NCBI GenBank assembly: GCA_050015455.1
Contig: JBEKBJ010000009.1
Span: 8,508-72,507, forward strand
Reading direction: 5' to 3'
DNA: 64,000 bases
DNA from: Candidatus Binatia bacterium
GTDB taxonomy: Bacteria; Desulfobacterota; Binatia; HRBIN30
In this document: positions 33,258 through 45,778 of the stretch, piece by piece
Layout of the letters: each line of letters begins with the position of its first letter
How positions within the stretch are numbered: the first letter of the stretch is position 1
Program-made: the position numbers and the translations under genes
The notes under the pieces: model-generated
What the model was told of the DNA's origin: nothing
What the model saw: only the letters and a program-made list of their open reading frames with translations
The model's database searches: none

Positions 33258-33416
33258 TTCAATGCGAGCGGCGTCAAACTAGGACTGCGATGGGCAGGCG
33301 CCGCTTGTAAGCCTCTGTCATTTTATGTCCTCGCCCGGTATCGTGGGTCAGTGAGGAGAACACGGCCCCTACATCGGAGACGCTTTGCTGCTATGGTGTA
33401 CCTGCGGTGATCGCAG

Positions 33417-36213
33417 ATGGACCTGGACTTCATCACTCGAGCCAATCCGGACTACGTGGACGGCTTGTACCGGCAGTTCCTGCGTGATCCGAGCTCGGTG
33501 GACGAGCAGTGGGCTATGTTCTTCGCCGGTTTCGAAGCCGCTGAGGGCGATGGCGCCCGCGCCGCCAAGCTCGAGATCGAGATCGCCCCAGCGGGGATTG
33601 CCCGGCTGGAGCCTGCCCCGAGCGAGCCCCCCGCGACGGGGATTGTTCCCGCTGCCCAGTGGGGTCTCGGTGTGTTTGAGTTGGTCCACCATTACCGCGA
33701 GTTCGGGCACTTGATTGCCAACCTCGATCCGCTCGGCCACAACCAGTCCAGCCATCCGCTGCTGGAGCCGAAGGAGTTCGGCTTCACCGCAGCCGATCTC
33801 GACCGCGCGGTGGAATGCACCAGTTTCTTGGGTTGCCGGCGAGCAACCATCCGCGAACTGGTGACGCTCTTGCGCGCCACCTATTGCGGCACCTTCGCCG
33901 TCGAGTACATGGACATCGCCGACAAGGCACAACTCGATTGGCTCCAGGAGCATATGGAGCCTGCGCTCAACAAGCCGGAGCTGACCGCGGAGGCGCGCAA
34001 GCATATCCTCTCGCGCCTCATCGCCGCCGAGGGCTTCGAGCACTTCCTGCACACCAAATATGTCGGCCAGAAGCGCTTCTCCTTGGAAGGAGCCGAGTCG
34101 CTCATCCCCCTGCTCGACACGCTGATCGAAGAAGCCGGCAAGACCGGCGTGGAACAGATCATCATGGGCATGGCGCACCGCGGCCGCCTGAATGTTCTCG
34201 CCAACATTCTGCACAAGCCGTATGCGCTGATCTTCGCGGAGTTCGAGGGCACCTTCCTGCCACCCAACGTCCAGGGCGACGGCGACGTGAAATACCATCT
34301 CGGCTACGCCTACGACCACACCACCGAGAGCGGCCAGACGATCCACTTGTCGCTGTGCTCGAACCCGAGTCACCTCGAGGCCATCGATCCGGTGGTCGAA
34401 GGCATCGTGCGCGCCAAGCAGTACTATCTCAAAGATTACGAACGCAGTCGGGTGGTGCCGGTGCTGATCCACGGTGACGCCGCCTTCACCGGGCAGGGGA
34501 TCGTTTCCGAGACGCTCGCCCTCTCCGAGCTGGAGGCCTACCGCACCGGCGGCACGATCCACATCATCGTGAACAACCAGATCGGCTTCACCGAATCGCC
34601 CCCGGAATATCGCTTTACGAGATATCCGAGTGACATCACCAAGATCATCCAGGCGCCGGTGTTCCACATCAACGGCGACGATCCCGAGGCGGCCATCCAG
34701 GCGGCGCGCCTGGCGGTGGCTTTTCGCCAGAGGTTCAAGAAGGATGTGGTCATCGATCTGGTGTGCTACCGGCGTCACGGCCACAACGAAGGTGACGACC
34801 CGACCTTCACTCAGCCGCTGATGTACAAGGAGATCGCTGCGCACCGCAGCGTACGCGACCTGTATGCCGAGCGCTTGCAGTCCGAGGGCGTGATCGGAGC
34901 CGAGGAAGTCGCGGCAGCGGGTACAGCACTCCGCGAGGTCTTCGATGATGCTCTAAATTATGCTCGCGACTTCATGCCGCGCATGCAAGTGTTCGCGCTG
35001 GACGGCGCCTGGAAGGGCCTGCAGTGGGCCGGCGACGACTGGAGCGCGCACACAGCCGTCCCGCGGGAGATGCTTGAGCGCGTGATGCAAGGCCTCGAGC
35101 GCGTGCCCCAGGGCTTCACCGTGCACCCCAAGGTCAAGCGCCTGCTGGCGCAGCGCGCCGAGATGCTGGGCCGCGAAGGCGAGATCGACTGGGCCGGCGC
35201 CGAAATGCTCGCCTTCGGTACGCTGCTCCTCGAAGGCACCAAGATCCGGCTGAGCGGACAGGACTCGGGCCGCGGCACGTTCAGCCAGCGACATGCGGAG
35301 TTGTTCGACATCAACACCAACGAGCGCTACGTGCCGCTCGACCACCTCAGCCCGGAACAGGGCCGCTTCGTTGTTATCGGCGGCATGCTCTCCGAAGAGG
35401 CCGTGCTCGGCTTCGAATGGGGCTTCAGCTCCGCCGACCCACGCAATCTGGTGGTTTGGGAGGCGCAGTTCGGCGACTTCGCCAACAATGCGCAGGTTAT
35501 CATCGACCAGTTCATTGCTTCTTCGGAATCGAAGTGGCAGCGCATGAGCGGTATCGTGCTGTTGCTGCCGCACGCATACGAGGGGCAGGGGCCGGAACAC
35601 TCCGGCGCCCGCTTGGAGCGATTCATGCAACTCTGCGCCGAGGACAACATGCAAATCTGCAACTTGACGACGCCGGCGCAGTACTTTCACGCTCTGCGGC
35701 GGCAAATGCATCGCCAATTCCGCAAGCCGCTCATTGTCATGTCCCCGAAAAGTCTGCTGCGCCACAAGCTGGCGGTGTCCTCGCCGCATGACCTTAGCGA
35801 CGGCAGCTTCCAGATGGTGCTCGGCGAGGGCGACCCGATGGATGCGGCGAAGGTGCGCCGTGTGCTGCTCTGCAGCGGCAGAGTGTACTACGAGCTGCTG
35901 GTGGCGCGCCGCGAGCGTGACATCGACGATATCGCCATCGTTCGAGTCGAGCAGCTCTATCCCTTCCCGGGACGGGAAATCACCGCCGCGCTGCAGCCGT
36001 ACGTTTCGGCGCGCGAGGTGCTCTGGGTGCAAGAGGAGCCGTGGAACATGGGCGCCTGGCACGATATGCGTCGTCGCTTACGCCGCATCCTTCCACCAGG
36101 CCGCTTCATCGGATACGCCGGCCGCCCCGCCGCGGCCAGTCCGGCGACAGGCTTGTACAAGGTGCACCAGACTGAAGAAACGGATCTCATCAACAACGCC
36201 CTGAGGAAGTCCT

Positions 36214-36224
<11 letters not shown>
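33417..36224 (+). CDS. sucA: 2-oxoglutarate dehydrogenase E1
   Basis: [52 protein letters not shown]. Confidence 0.96.
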
Positions 36225-37488
<1,264 letters not shown>

Positions 37489-37514
37489 ACCGAGAGCACG
37501 AGCGCAAACAGGTT

Positions 37515-37549
37515 CCTTCTCCCTCCGGGAGAGTGTCAGGGTGAGGGGG
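37515..37549. repeat. REP-like element
   Basis: ccttctccctccgggagagtgtcagggtgaggggg, same family as 13487 and 33163. Confidence 0.55.
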
Positions 37550-37553
37550 TAAA

Positions 37554-39017
37554 ATGACTCCGCGACCGCCAGTACTTAGCAATCAGAACCCTTCAACAGA
37601 GATCAGGACAGGCCCAGGAGCCAGCACGGATTTCGACCTCATCGTCATCGGCGCCGGACCGGGCGGCTACGTTGCCGCCATCCGTGCCGCGCAACTCGGG
37701 ATGCGGGTTGGCTGCGTTGAAAGAGCAGCCACGCTCGGCGGCACCTGCCTCAACGTCGGCTGCATCCCCAGCAAGGCACTGCTCGACTCCAGCGAGCAGT
37801 ACCACACCGTTCGCCATGGCTTGGCCGCGCACGGCATCAAGGTCGGCAGCGTGGAGATCGACCTGGCAGCCATGATGGCGCGGAAGGAACGCGTGGTGAA
37901 GGTGCTGACGCAGGGCGTGGCTGGGCTGTTTCGCAAGAACAAGGTCGAACGGTTCACCGGCACCGCTCGCATCACTGCCGCCGATGCTGTCGAGGTTGCA
38001 AATGGCGCCGGGCGCCAGACTCTTCGTGGCCGCCGCATTCTCATTGCCACCGGCAGCGCTCCAATGGAGTTGCCGGGGCTCCCGTTCGATGGGAGGTCTA
38101 TCGTTTCGTCGACTGAGGCGCTGAGCTTTTCGCAGGTGCCGCCGCGGCTCTTGATCGTTGGCGCCGGTGCCATCGGTTTGGAGCTCGGTTCGGTGTGGAA
38201 CCGGCTCGGATCGCAGGTACTGTTTGTGGAATTCATGGATCGCATCGTGCCCGGCATGGATCGTGGGATGGGCGAGCAACTGAGGAAGTCCTTGGAGAAA
38301 CAAGGCATGACCTTCCGCTTGCGCACCACGGCGCGGCAGGCGGCCGTGAGTGACGGCAAAGTGCGTGTGACGTTGGAATCGGAGGGCAAGACGAGCGAGG
38401 AGGAGTGCGACGTGGTGCTGGTTGCCGTCGGGCGGCGGCCGTTTAGCGAGGCGCTAGCGGCGCGCGACGTTGGAGTCCAGTTTGACGACCACGGGCGGAT
38501 CACCGTTGACGCGCACTACCAGACAAGCGTTCCCGGCGTGTACGCCATCGGCGACGTGATCACCGGCCCGATGCTGGCGCACAAGGCTTCGGAGGAAGGC
38601 ATTGCGGCGGTGGAAAGCATGGCCGGGCAATCCGGGCACGTGAATTACGACGCCATCCCCAATGTGGTTTACACCTGGCCCGAGCTGGCCAGCGTCGGCA
38701 TGACCGAGGAGCAGGCACGCAGTCAGGAGATGCAGTTTCGCGTCGGCACGTTCCCGTTCATGGCCAACGGCCGCGCCCGCTGCATGAACGAAACCGAAGG
38801 GGGGGTGAAAATCCTCGCGGACGCCAAGACCGACCGCATCCTGGGCATCCACATCCTAGGCGCGCGTGCTTCCGACATTATCGCCGAAGCGGCTGTGGCG
38901 ATGGAGTTCGGGGCCAGTGCCGAGGACATCGCGCGCTCGGCGCACGCGCACCCAACGCTCCCCGAGGCGGTGAAGGAAGCGGCGCTCGCCGTAAACGGGC
39001 GCGCGTTGCACATCTGA
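37554..39017 (+). CDS. lpdA: Dihydrolipoamide dehydrogenase E3
   Basis: GAGPGGYVAA, GGTCLNVGCIPSK, GPMLAHKA, HAHPTLPE. Confidence 0.96.
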   Translation: MTPRPPVLSNQNPSTEIRTGPGASTDFDLIVIGAGPGGYVAAIRAAQLGMRVGCVERAATLGGTCLNVGCIPSKALLDSSEQYHTVRHGLAAHGIKVGSVEIDLAAMMARKERVVKVLTQGVAGLFRKNKVERFTGTARITAADAVEVANGAGRQTLRGRRILIATGSAPMELPGLPFDGRSIVSSTEALSFSQVPPRLLIVGAGAIGLELGSVWNRLGSQVLFVEFMDRIVPGMDRGMGEQLRKSLEKQGMTFRLRTTARQAAVSDGKVRVTLESEGKTSEEECDVVLVAVGRRPFSEALAARDVGVQFDDHGRITVDAHYQTSVPGVYAIGDVITGPMLAHKASEEGIAAVESMAGQSGHVNYDAIPNVVYTWPELASVGMTEEQARSQEMQFRVGTFPFMANGRARCMNETEGGVKILADAKTDRILGIHILGARASDIIAEAAVAMEFGASAEDIARSAHAHPTLPEAVKEAALAVNGRALHI

Positions 39018-39106
39018 TTCGCCCAGGGGACCTCCCGTAGGCTTCGGCGGCAGAGAGTCGCCGCTCCCGAACGCCGCAGACCGGCGCTTTCCAACCGCCC
39101 GTTAGG

Positions 39107-39904
39107 CTAGAGCCCGTGCTCGAGCGAGCGCTGGGTGAACGTGTCGTCTCCGAAACCGGGGTCGTACGTGATCTCGCTGAAGTCGGCCACGGTATGACTC
39201 CCACCCTGTTCGTTCATCATTTCCATGCGAAAGGCCGTCGGAATCGCCCCGACAGTGCGGATATCACGAAGGGTGAGCGATTTTTCCAGCCGGCCGCCCT
39301 TATCGTACATCTGGAACTTCACCATCACGAGATCGTCGGCCGTTAGCCAGGTGAGGATCTTGCTGTACGTGAGGTCCTTCCCGGTCGGGGTGAACTCGAT
39401 GACATGGCTGGGGCGGCCATCCAGTACCTCGTCGCGCAGCAAGACGGCACGGGCATCCGCGTCAGTCCAATCGGTGATGTCCCCGATTATGGCCAGATCG
39501 TCGTAACTGAAATCCGTCCCCATGAAGCTCTCGTGCTTGGCGCCCGCGCTGATTTGTCGGACGCGCTTCAGCTCGGGAAGATACAACCATTGCTCATCTT
39601 TCCCGTGTGGGTCGGCCCACTGCAGGAAGCCAACGCCTTTGACCTCCGGCGGCGATTCGAAGAACAGGATCGTGCGGCTGCGGTCCTCAGGATACTTCTT
39701 GGACTTGATGACGAGCTCGCGATTCCGCTCGCCGCCCCGACGGTCGACGATGCGCAGCTTCAAACGCTGCAGCCGATCGTTCCACTTGCGTGTGGTCTCG
39801 GCCAACAGTCGCGTCTGGTCGAGCAGCTCGCGCGCGGTTGTCGCCGCTGCGGCAGGCGCGGCGACGCACGCGAGGAGCATCAGGAAACCAAAGGTTCTGC
39901 GCAT
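39107..39904 (-). CDS. LolA-like periplasmic carrier (outer-membrane lipoprotein-sorting protein family)
   Basis: Signal peptide; PPEVKGVGFL..DEQWLYLPELKRVRQI..SFMGTDFSYDD. Confidence 0.85.
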   Translation of the reverse strand: MRRTFGFLMLLACVAAPAAAATTARELLDQTRLLAETTRKWNDRLQRLKLRIVDRRGGERNRELVIKSKKYPEDRSRTILFFESPPEVKGVGFLQWADPHGKDEQWLYLPELKRVRQISAGAKHESFMGTDFSYDDLAIIGDITDWTDADARAVLLRDEVLDGRPSHVIEFTPTGKDLTYSKILTWLTADDLVMVKFQMYDKGGRLEKSLTLRDIRTVGAIPTAFRMEMMNEQGGSHTVADFSEITYDPGFGDDTFTQRSLEHGL

Positions 39905-40025
39905 GTGACGTTCCTCCTATGTCATGATGTCGGCGAGGCCGGCCTCGTGACCGCCGGCGGTCAACCCACCGCCGCATTCCCACAGGCTGCGAGCTTATTC
40001 GCACCTCCCGACTTCTTGCCGAATT

Positions 40026-41627
40026 TCACAGCTTGTACTCGAGCCGGACGAAGCCTTCGTCGTTGCGCCGATATTGACCGATTAACGAACCGGCGCGTCC
40101 CGCAATGAACAAGTAACCGACCTGGGCATTCAAGTTGTCTGTAAGGCGGTACAGAAGCGTGGGGCGGATGAGCGTGTAATCGCTTTCAATTGCATGCATG
40201 CCGATCAGCTGCGTTTGCAATCGGTCCGCCAGAAAGCTCTTGCGCAAGTTGGCAAGCAGCCGCGTCTCGACGTTTTTGATCAATAGGTCCACGTCGTTGT
40301 GCAATACATCGGTTTGGTTCACCTGCAGGAGCAGGAGGTAGCCTTCGTAGACGTAATCGACCCCGAGGCCCCACTCGGCGGCGGAATGGATGACGGTGGC
40401 GGGAGGCAGCAGCACTGTTGCCTGGCCGGCGCCCTGGGTGAGTGCCGTCAAGGCATTCTTGATTTCGCCGGCGAGGGCTTGCGGATTCGTCACCAAGTCC
40501 CGCAGGTCGCGGGGGAAGGGGCGCCCGCTGACAAAAGCCCCCTCCCCGCGCACGGTGAAGCGATCAAACGCGTATGCGAAGTCCGCCCCCCATGAGTCGA
40601 TCCGGTGGAATTCGGGCGACAGGGTCGTGGCGCCGGACAAATCCTTCACGTGAAACGGATTGGCAAGGCTCGGATCGGGCTGGCCGAAAACCTGCGCCGT
40701 CAAATTGAACCCCGGCTCGATGTCGAAGCCGTGAAAGTAATACAGCGCCAGATCGACGTCGCGGATGAGCGCCGAGTAACGCACACCGACCGTGCTGTCA
40801 TTCAGACGCGTCGCCGGCGGCGCCACGTTGCGCACGCGGAAAGCGAGCGGCACATTGAACCCCGGACTGGGGCTCCCGTCGGGCAGAGTGATGAGGCCCG
40901 GCGGCACGAAGAAGTTGGGCGTCGGCACACCCGCCGGGGGAAACCAGCGTTCCGCATCGCAATGCGAGGCGTTGCCCTGGACATCACACGTCGCCAAAGG
41001 GAACCGAGGCGGCACATACTTCGGCACCCAAACGACGGTCAGACGGCTCTCCGGCGGGATGGCGGCGGTCTCCGGCAGATAATACGACGCCTGCAGGGCG
41101 GGCACACCGATCCGTTCTTCGGCTTCCTCTGCTAGGAACGGATCGAAGTAGGCGATGGGGTTGATCAAATTGTTCGGCTGCGTGCGGTCGAGCTTCCCCC
41201 AAGCCACCTTCTGGATGCCGAGGCGGAGATCGACGGAAGGGAGGACCATGCTGAGGTACGCTTCGTCGAACTCCACCGCGGGTGATATGTCCTGAAAGAC
41301 GCCATTCCACGAGTAGACACCGGCGCGGTCGGCTTTCAGCGTCGGGCCGCCATTCGTCCCGACCGTCGTCGCATCGAATCGGACCCACTTGGCCAGCTCC
41401 ACACCGACGTGCAGGCGTAACTCCTCCAGAGTCCGTTCGTGCTTGGTAGCCCCGTTCTCCTCGACGACTTCCCGGACGCGCAGGGTTCCGTCAAGATCAA
41501 GCGGCCGGCCGCCGACGGTCGTTTGCATCGGCCAGACGGCCGGGGCCGCTAACATCCAAACAACCACGACCAGCACCAACCAGATTCCTATCTTCGCCGG
41601 CATCCACCCTCTGGCCATCGTGTCCAC
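40026..41627 (-). CDS. Outer-membrane beta-barrel protein (DUF1302-like)
   Basis: Signal peptide; EAYL..DLRLGIQKVAWGKLD..NLINP; C-terminal GQYRRNDEGFVRLEYKL beta-signal-like end. Start uncertain. Confidence 0.7.
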   Translation of the reverse strand: MDTMARGWMPAKIGIWLVLVVVVWMLAAPAVWPMQTTVGGRPLDLDGTLRVREVVEENGATKHERTLEELRLHVGVELAKWVRFDATTVGTNGGPTLKADRAGVYSWNGVFQDISPAVEFDEAYLSMVLPSVDLRLGIQKVAWGKLDRTQPNNLINPIAYFDPFLAEEAEERIGVPALQASYYLPETAAIPPESRLTVVWVPKYVPPRFPLATCDVQGNASHCDAERWFPPAGVPTPNFFVPPGLITLPDGSPSPGFNVPLAFRVRNVAPPATRLNDSTVGVRYSALIRDVDLALYYFHGFDIEPGFNLTAQVFGQPDPSLANPFHVKDLSGATTLSPEFHRIDSWGADFAYAFDRFTVRGEGAFVSGRPFPRDLRDLVTNPQALAGEIKNALTALTQGAGQATVLLPPATVIHSAAEWGLGVDYVYEGYLLLLQVNQTDVLHNDVDLLIKNVETRLLANLRKSFLADRLQTQLIGMHAIESDYTLIRPTLLYRLTDNLNAQVGYLFIAGRAGSLIGQYRRNDEGFVRLEYKL

Positions 41628-41750
41628 GGTTCTGTCATTTCCTCCTGGTCAAGGCCTACGCGCCAGGTGCGAAGTCGCCCCACCCCGTGGCGCGGGCCGC
41701 AAACGCTTTTGGGCTTGAAACGTCGGACACGCTTTGCATAACTCAGCTGT

Positions 41751-41773
41751 CACTGTCAAGCGGAGAAAACCGT
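41751..41773 (-). promoter_or_regulatory. Shared motif ACGGTTT..CGCTTGACAGTG upstream of the barrel/LolA-like genes
   Basis: + strand cactgtcaagcg-gaga-aaaccgt matches cactgtcaagcg-aaaccgt at 51782-51800. Confidence 0.5.
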
Positions 41774-41931
41774 CCGTGAGAGACGACCAGCTGTCGCCGG
41801 CTCGCGCGGAGTCCTGCGGCCACCAAGCCAGTGACAGGCAGGATGGCAGATCGCGCTACTGTACCGAGGGGAATTTCGCGCCCACGGCCTTGATCATGGA
41901 GGGCGACGCCGTCAGCGTCGATGTGACGGCG

Positions 41932-43482
41932 TCATCGTGCGAGCGATTGGAAATCGGGCGCCTCGAGCTCGGCGAGCGTCGGATTCCACAATCCCTGCTT
42001 CCGCAGGATCCGGACATTGTGGACGTGAATTATGAGGGACAGCCCCAGGACATGCCCATCCTTGCCGTGGAAGAGCTTCACCGCTTCGCGCGGCACAGAG
42101 CGGAACTCTGCCCCCAGATCTGCGTACGCTTGGAGAAGATTCTTCCAGATTAACGCAAACCGCTGTGGGTTCCAGCTGACTGCCGCCGAGGGCTCTGGGG
42201 AGTGCTTCGCCAGCACTGCCACACGCTGCAAGAAGGCATCGGGAGTATAGAGCTTATTCAGTAGCCACTGTGTTCCATATTGCAGCTCATGAACTGTCAT
42301 TTGCTTGGGAATGATATTGGTACCCGTGTATCCGTCTTCCTCATTGAGCGTCCGTAACCGGTGCTCAGCACGGAGGCGCCGTTCGAGGGGCGTGCCCTCC
42401 GGCGCCACCAACATGTTGACCAGTACCGCAGGAATGCCCGCCTGTTGAAGGAACTCCAGCTGCACGCGAAAGGAGTCCTTGGTGTCCGCATCGAAGCCGG
42501 TAATGATGCCAGCTTCAACCGAGATACCTCGTCGCTGGAAGGCGCGGATGTCAGCGATCAGATCGGGTCGCAGGTTCTGCTGCTTTCTTACCTGGCGCAG
42601 CGCTTCGTGGTTGGGCGTCTCGATCCCAATGAAAGCCTGCCTGATACCCGCTTCGGCAGCGAGGTCCAGCAGCCCGGGATCACGCGCAGCGTCGATCGAC
42701 ACCTGGGCTGCAAAGGTGACGCGTTCGGGCTTACCGCGGTTCCACTGGCGAATGGCTTCCAAGATGCCCTTGGCGTGCTTGCGGTGGGCGGTCAGGTTGT
42801 CATCCGCCAGAAAGCCCTCGCGGTAGCCGAGCTGATAGAGTTGCTCGATCTCGGCGACTACGCGCTCGGGTCTCTTGTATCGCTGCCGGCGGCCGAGGTA
42901 GACGATCACATCGCAGAACTCGCATTCGAAGGGGCAGCCGCGACTCGTCTGGACGATCCCCACCCAGTACGCTCCACGCTTGACCTTGCCCATTGCCGGG
43001 AGCGGCGAGTGGTTGAGGTCGACCGGATTCCGCTCCCGGTACTCCGACTTCCAGGAGCCGGCACGGAGATCCGATAGAAACTGAGGCCAGGTCCGTTCGG
43101 CCTCGCCGATGAAGAGAATGTCGGCATGGGGACGCACGGTACTGGATGACAGGGTGGCGTACGGGCCGCCGATGGCCACTAGGTTCCCATGCTGGCGGAA
43201 CACGTCCGCCAGCTTGAGCATACGATCCCTGTGCGTGATGTAGCCGGTGATGCCGACCACGCCCCAGCGTTCGCTCAAATACGGCTCAATGCTTTCGAGC
43301 TGCTCGTCTACGATAGTGACGTTGACATCACTGGGGGCCAAGGCCGCCAATGTAGGCAGCGCGATGTTGGGCGTGTACGCCGCACAACCGGTGATGTCGG
43401 CGGTCTCATTCATGGAGTACAGCGACGGCTTCTGGCCCGGGCTCACCAACAAAACTCGCACCGCGTACTCCTGAGTTGACAC
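41932..43482 (-). CDS. B12-binding radical SAM protein (HpnP/BchE-like clade)
   Basis: N-terminal cobalamin-binding region (LPTLAAL..IGGPYAT..GEAE), QTSRGCPFECEFCD, DDN, FIGIET, GFDAD. Confidence 0.88.
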   Translation of the reverse strand: MSTQEYAVRVLLVSPGQKPSLYSMNETADITGCAAYTPNIALPTLAALAPSDVNVTIVDEQLESIEPYLSERWGVVGITGYITHRDRMLKLADVFRQHGNLVAIGGPYATLSSSTVRPHADILFIGEAERTWPQFLSDLRAGSWKSEYRERNPVDLNHSPLPAMGKVKRGAYWVGIVQTSRGCPFECEFCDVIVYLGRRQRYKRPERVVAEIEQLYQLGYREGFLADDNLTAHRKHAKGILEAIRQWNRGKPERVTFAAQVSIDAARDPGLLDLAAEAGIRQAFIGIETPNHEALRQVRKQQNLRPDLIADIRAFQRRGISVEAGIITGFDADTKDSFRVQLEFLQQAGIPAVLVNMLVAPEGTPLERRLRAEHRLRTLNEEDGYTGTNIIPKQMTVHELQYGTQWLLNKLYTPDAFLQRVAVLAKHSPEPSAAVSWNPQRFALIWKNLLQAYADLGAEFRSVPREAVKLFHGKDGHVLGLSLIIHVHNVRILRKQGLWNPTLAELEAPDFQSLAR

Positions 43483-43603
43483 TGCACCTAGTGCCCCTCT
43501 GAGCCAAGATCAACGAAATCGGCGCGAGACCTCACGCTGCCGTAGCCGATTTGCCAGGCGGAACGAAGCTCAAGGGCCCGAAGATCGAGTCGCGGGAATA
43601 CCA

Positions 43604-45778
43604 TCAAGACGATGCGACCTTGCGAGCACGTGCGTAGCGGAGCGGGCGCGACTCCATCTCCGTATGTGCTTCAGGTGGAGTGGATCGACCGCCCGCGTCG
43701 CACGGCGGCAGATTGACGCAAAAGCTGCTTCCGTGGCCCTCGCGGCTGTCAACAGTGATAGAGCCACCGTGCTCGCTAACGATTTGATGAGCGATGGCCA
43801 AACCCAGACCCGTCCCCTTGCCCTTCGTGGTGAAAAAGGGGTCGAAGATGTGTTCGAGCTGGTCTGGTGGGATACCGACGCCCGTGTCTTGGATCTCAAT
43901 TTGACCGAAGGCGCCATTTTGATGATCGACGCAGCGAGTGGAGATTGCGACGACGCCGCCGGGTCGGGTCGCCTGAATCGCGTTCAGGACCAAATTGATC
44001 AACACCTGCTTGATTTGGTCGCCGTCGGCATTGACGAGCGGAACATTTGCCGAAAGCGCGCGCGTCAGGGTCAGATTGTGTTTTCGCGCTTCCGGTTCGA
44101 GCAGCGTCGCCACGCGCTCCACCAGCTCGTTGAGATTCACGGCGGCCAAGGAAGGAGTGCTGGAGCGAGCGAAGGACAGCAATTCCGTGATCAGGTCGGA
44201 GATACGTTTGACCTCATTAGCGGTCATGCCGAGGAAAGTGGTGAAGAACTCCTGGTCATGCAGTCGCTGCGGGGCCAGTTGGAAAAACGTCTGGATCGAT
44301 ACCAGCGGATTCCGCACCTCGTGCGCGATGCCGGCTGCCAGCGTGCCTAGTGCGGACAAGCGGTCCGCGCGGCGGATGATGTCTTGTGACTTCTTCAGCT
44401 CCTCGTACAGCCGTGCGTTTTCGAGCGCGACCGAAGCTTCAGCGGCGAGGGTCTCGAGCAAATCGAGGTCCTCCGCAGAGAAGGCTTCGAGGTTTCGCTT
44501 ACCGCCCAGGCCGATGAACCCAAGAAGCTTCTCACCGAGGATCAGCGGGATGCAAACCTCCCAGCCGTTACGGCGGCAGAGCTCGCTTACGGCTGTGCGC
44601 GCCGCCACGTCGGTGCCGGCCACCAGTTCCTCACGCAGCACGACTTCCCGGCTGTGTGCCAGGGAGCGCACGAACTCATCGCTTTCGGCAAACTCGGCCT
44701 GCGCCGAATTCTCACCGAGCTGGTAGCGCACCGAATATGTTTGCCTCATGTCGTCCCGCAGCCAAACGCCGACCCGGCTCACGTGCAGTGTGTAACTCAG
44801 GGTCGAGGCGATCTCGCGGATGAGCTTCTCGTGTTCCAAGATCCGAACGATGGAGCGAGCGAAACTACCGAGTGCGGTACGGTATTCGCTCTTCTCGCGG
44901 AAGAAGGTCTGCTGAATCCGGGACTGCGCTTGAATCCGAAGGACAGGGAACAGCACTGCGATGGCCACGAACATCAACAGCACGGCAAACGAGAAATCCG
45001 GTTGCACGTGGCCGAAGGCGAGCCGTTGTAACCACACCATGAGCGCGAAGGCTGGCCCGATGAGAATGCAAGCCACTGCGGCGTAGGCTACCCCTTTGCT
45101 CACGACGACATCGATGTCCATCAACCGGTGGCGCGCGATTGCGTAGGCGATGATCGCCGCGTACAGCGCGCTGCCAAAATGACCGAGTGGGTAGATCGGA
45201 ACGCCGAAGATCGGCAGGAAGTTGGTCAACCCCGTGGGAAGGACGGCGGCAGCCAACAACCAAAACCGTACTTGCAGCTTGCGCCGCGGGGAGGTCGTGG
45301 TGTGGTAGTGATGGATGAGCACGCCTAGCGCCAAGGTGCATTGGATGACCGCTGCGGCGATGAAGACGCCGTAGAGACGTGTGCCAACGGGGTAGAGGCC
45401 CCACGCGTAGTGCCGTGCGCCAGAAACGAGGAGCCCGAGCGCGTTGGCTACGATCAGCCCAGCGGAAACGGAATAGCTGCATCCGAGCAGCCAACGGGAC
45501 AGCGATTTTGGGGTACCCGCAAGCGTGAGCGCGAGGTGCAGAACGGTAGCTGGCACGAGTATCGTGCCGGGCCTGAGGATACTGCCCCACCACAACGCGC
45601 GGCTGGGGTCGGGTATGGCGTAGAATACGAAGTTGTTCAGGTTCCAGAGTGCCAGCGCCACGCCCATCAGCACGAAAACCTGATTGAGGCGTGCGCGCCG
45701 GTCACGCGCGAGCACCAGGACGCCCAGCAACAGATTGAGCACGGCGGAGATCAGCGGGACGAGCCAGTGATACTTCAT
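43604..45778 (-). CDS. Sensor histidine kinase 1 (multi-TM HisKA_7TM-like sensor, GAF, HisKA, HATPase)
   Basis: About 9 hydrophobic segments, YAIARHRLMDI, GAF (LLGFIGLG..FSAEDLDLL), AHEVRNPL, QVLINLVLNA, DTGVG, FFTTK..GTGLGL. ATG overlaps the stop of the acyltransferase (ATGA). Confidence 0.92.
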   Translation of the reverse strand: MKYHWLVPLISAVLNLLLGVLVLARDRRARLNQVFVLMGVALALWNLNNFVFYAIPDPSRALWWGSILRPGTILVPATVLHLALTLAGTPKSLSRWLLGCSYSVSAGLIVANALGLLVSGARHYAWGLYPVGTRLYGVFIAAAVIQCTLALGVLIHHYHTTTSPRRKLQVRFWLLAAAVLPTGLTNFLPIFGVPIYPLGHFGSALYAAIIAYAIARHRLMDIDVVVSKGVAYAAVACILIGPAFALMVWLQRLAFGHVQPDFSFAVLLMFVAIAVLFPVLRIQAQSRIQQTFFREKSEYRTALGSFARSIVRILEHEKLIREIASTLSYTLHVSRVGVWLRDDMRQTYSVRYQLGENSAQAEFAESDEFVRSLAHSREVVLREELVAGTDVAARTAVSELCRRNGWEVCIPLILGEKLLGFIGLGGKRNLEAFSAEDLDLLETLAAEASVALENARLYEELKKSQDIIRRADRLSALGTLAAGIAHEVRNPLVSIQTFFQLAPQRLHDQEFFTTFLGMTANEVKRISDLITELLSFARSSTPSLAAVNLNELVERVATLLEPEARKHNLTLTRALSANVPLVNADGDQIKQVLINLVLNAIQATRPGGVVAISTRCVDHQNGAFGQIEIQDTGVGIPPDQLEHIFDPFFTTKGKGTGLGLAIAHQIVSEHGGSITVDSREGHGSSFCVNLPPCDAGGRSTPPEAHTEMESRPLRYARARKVASS

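Noticed and set aside
41588-41646. AGGAGG followed by an out-of-frame ATG giving a 16-aa peptide over the barrel gene start
   Set aside because: SD-ATG spacing is only 2 nt; no support for a leader peptide.
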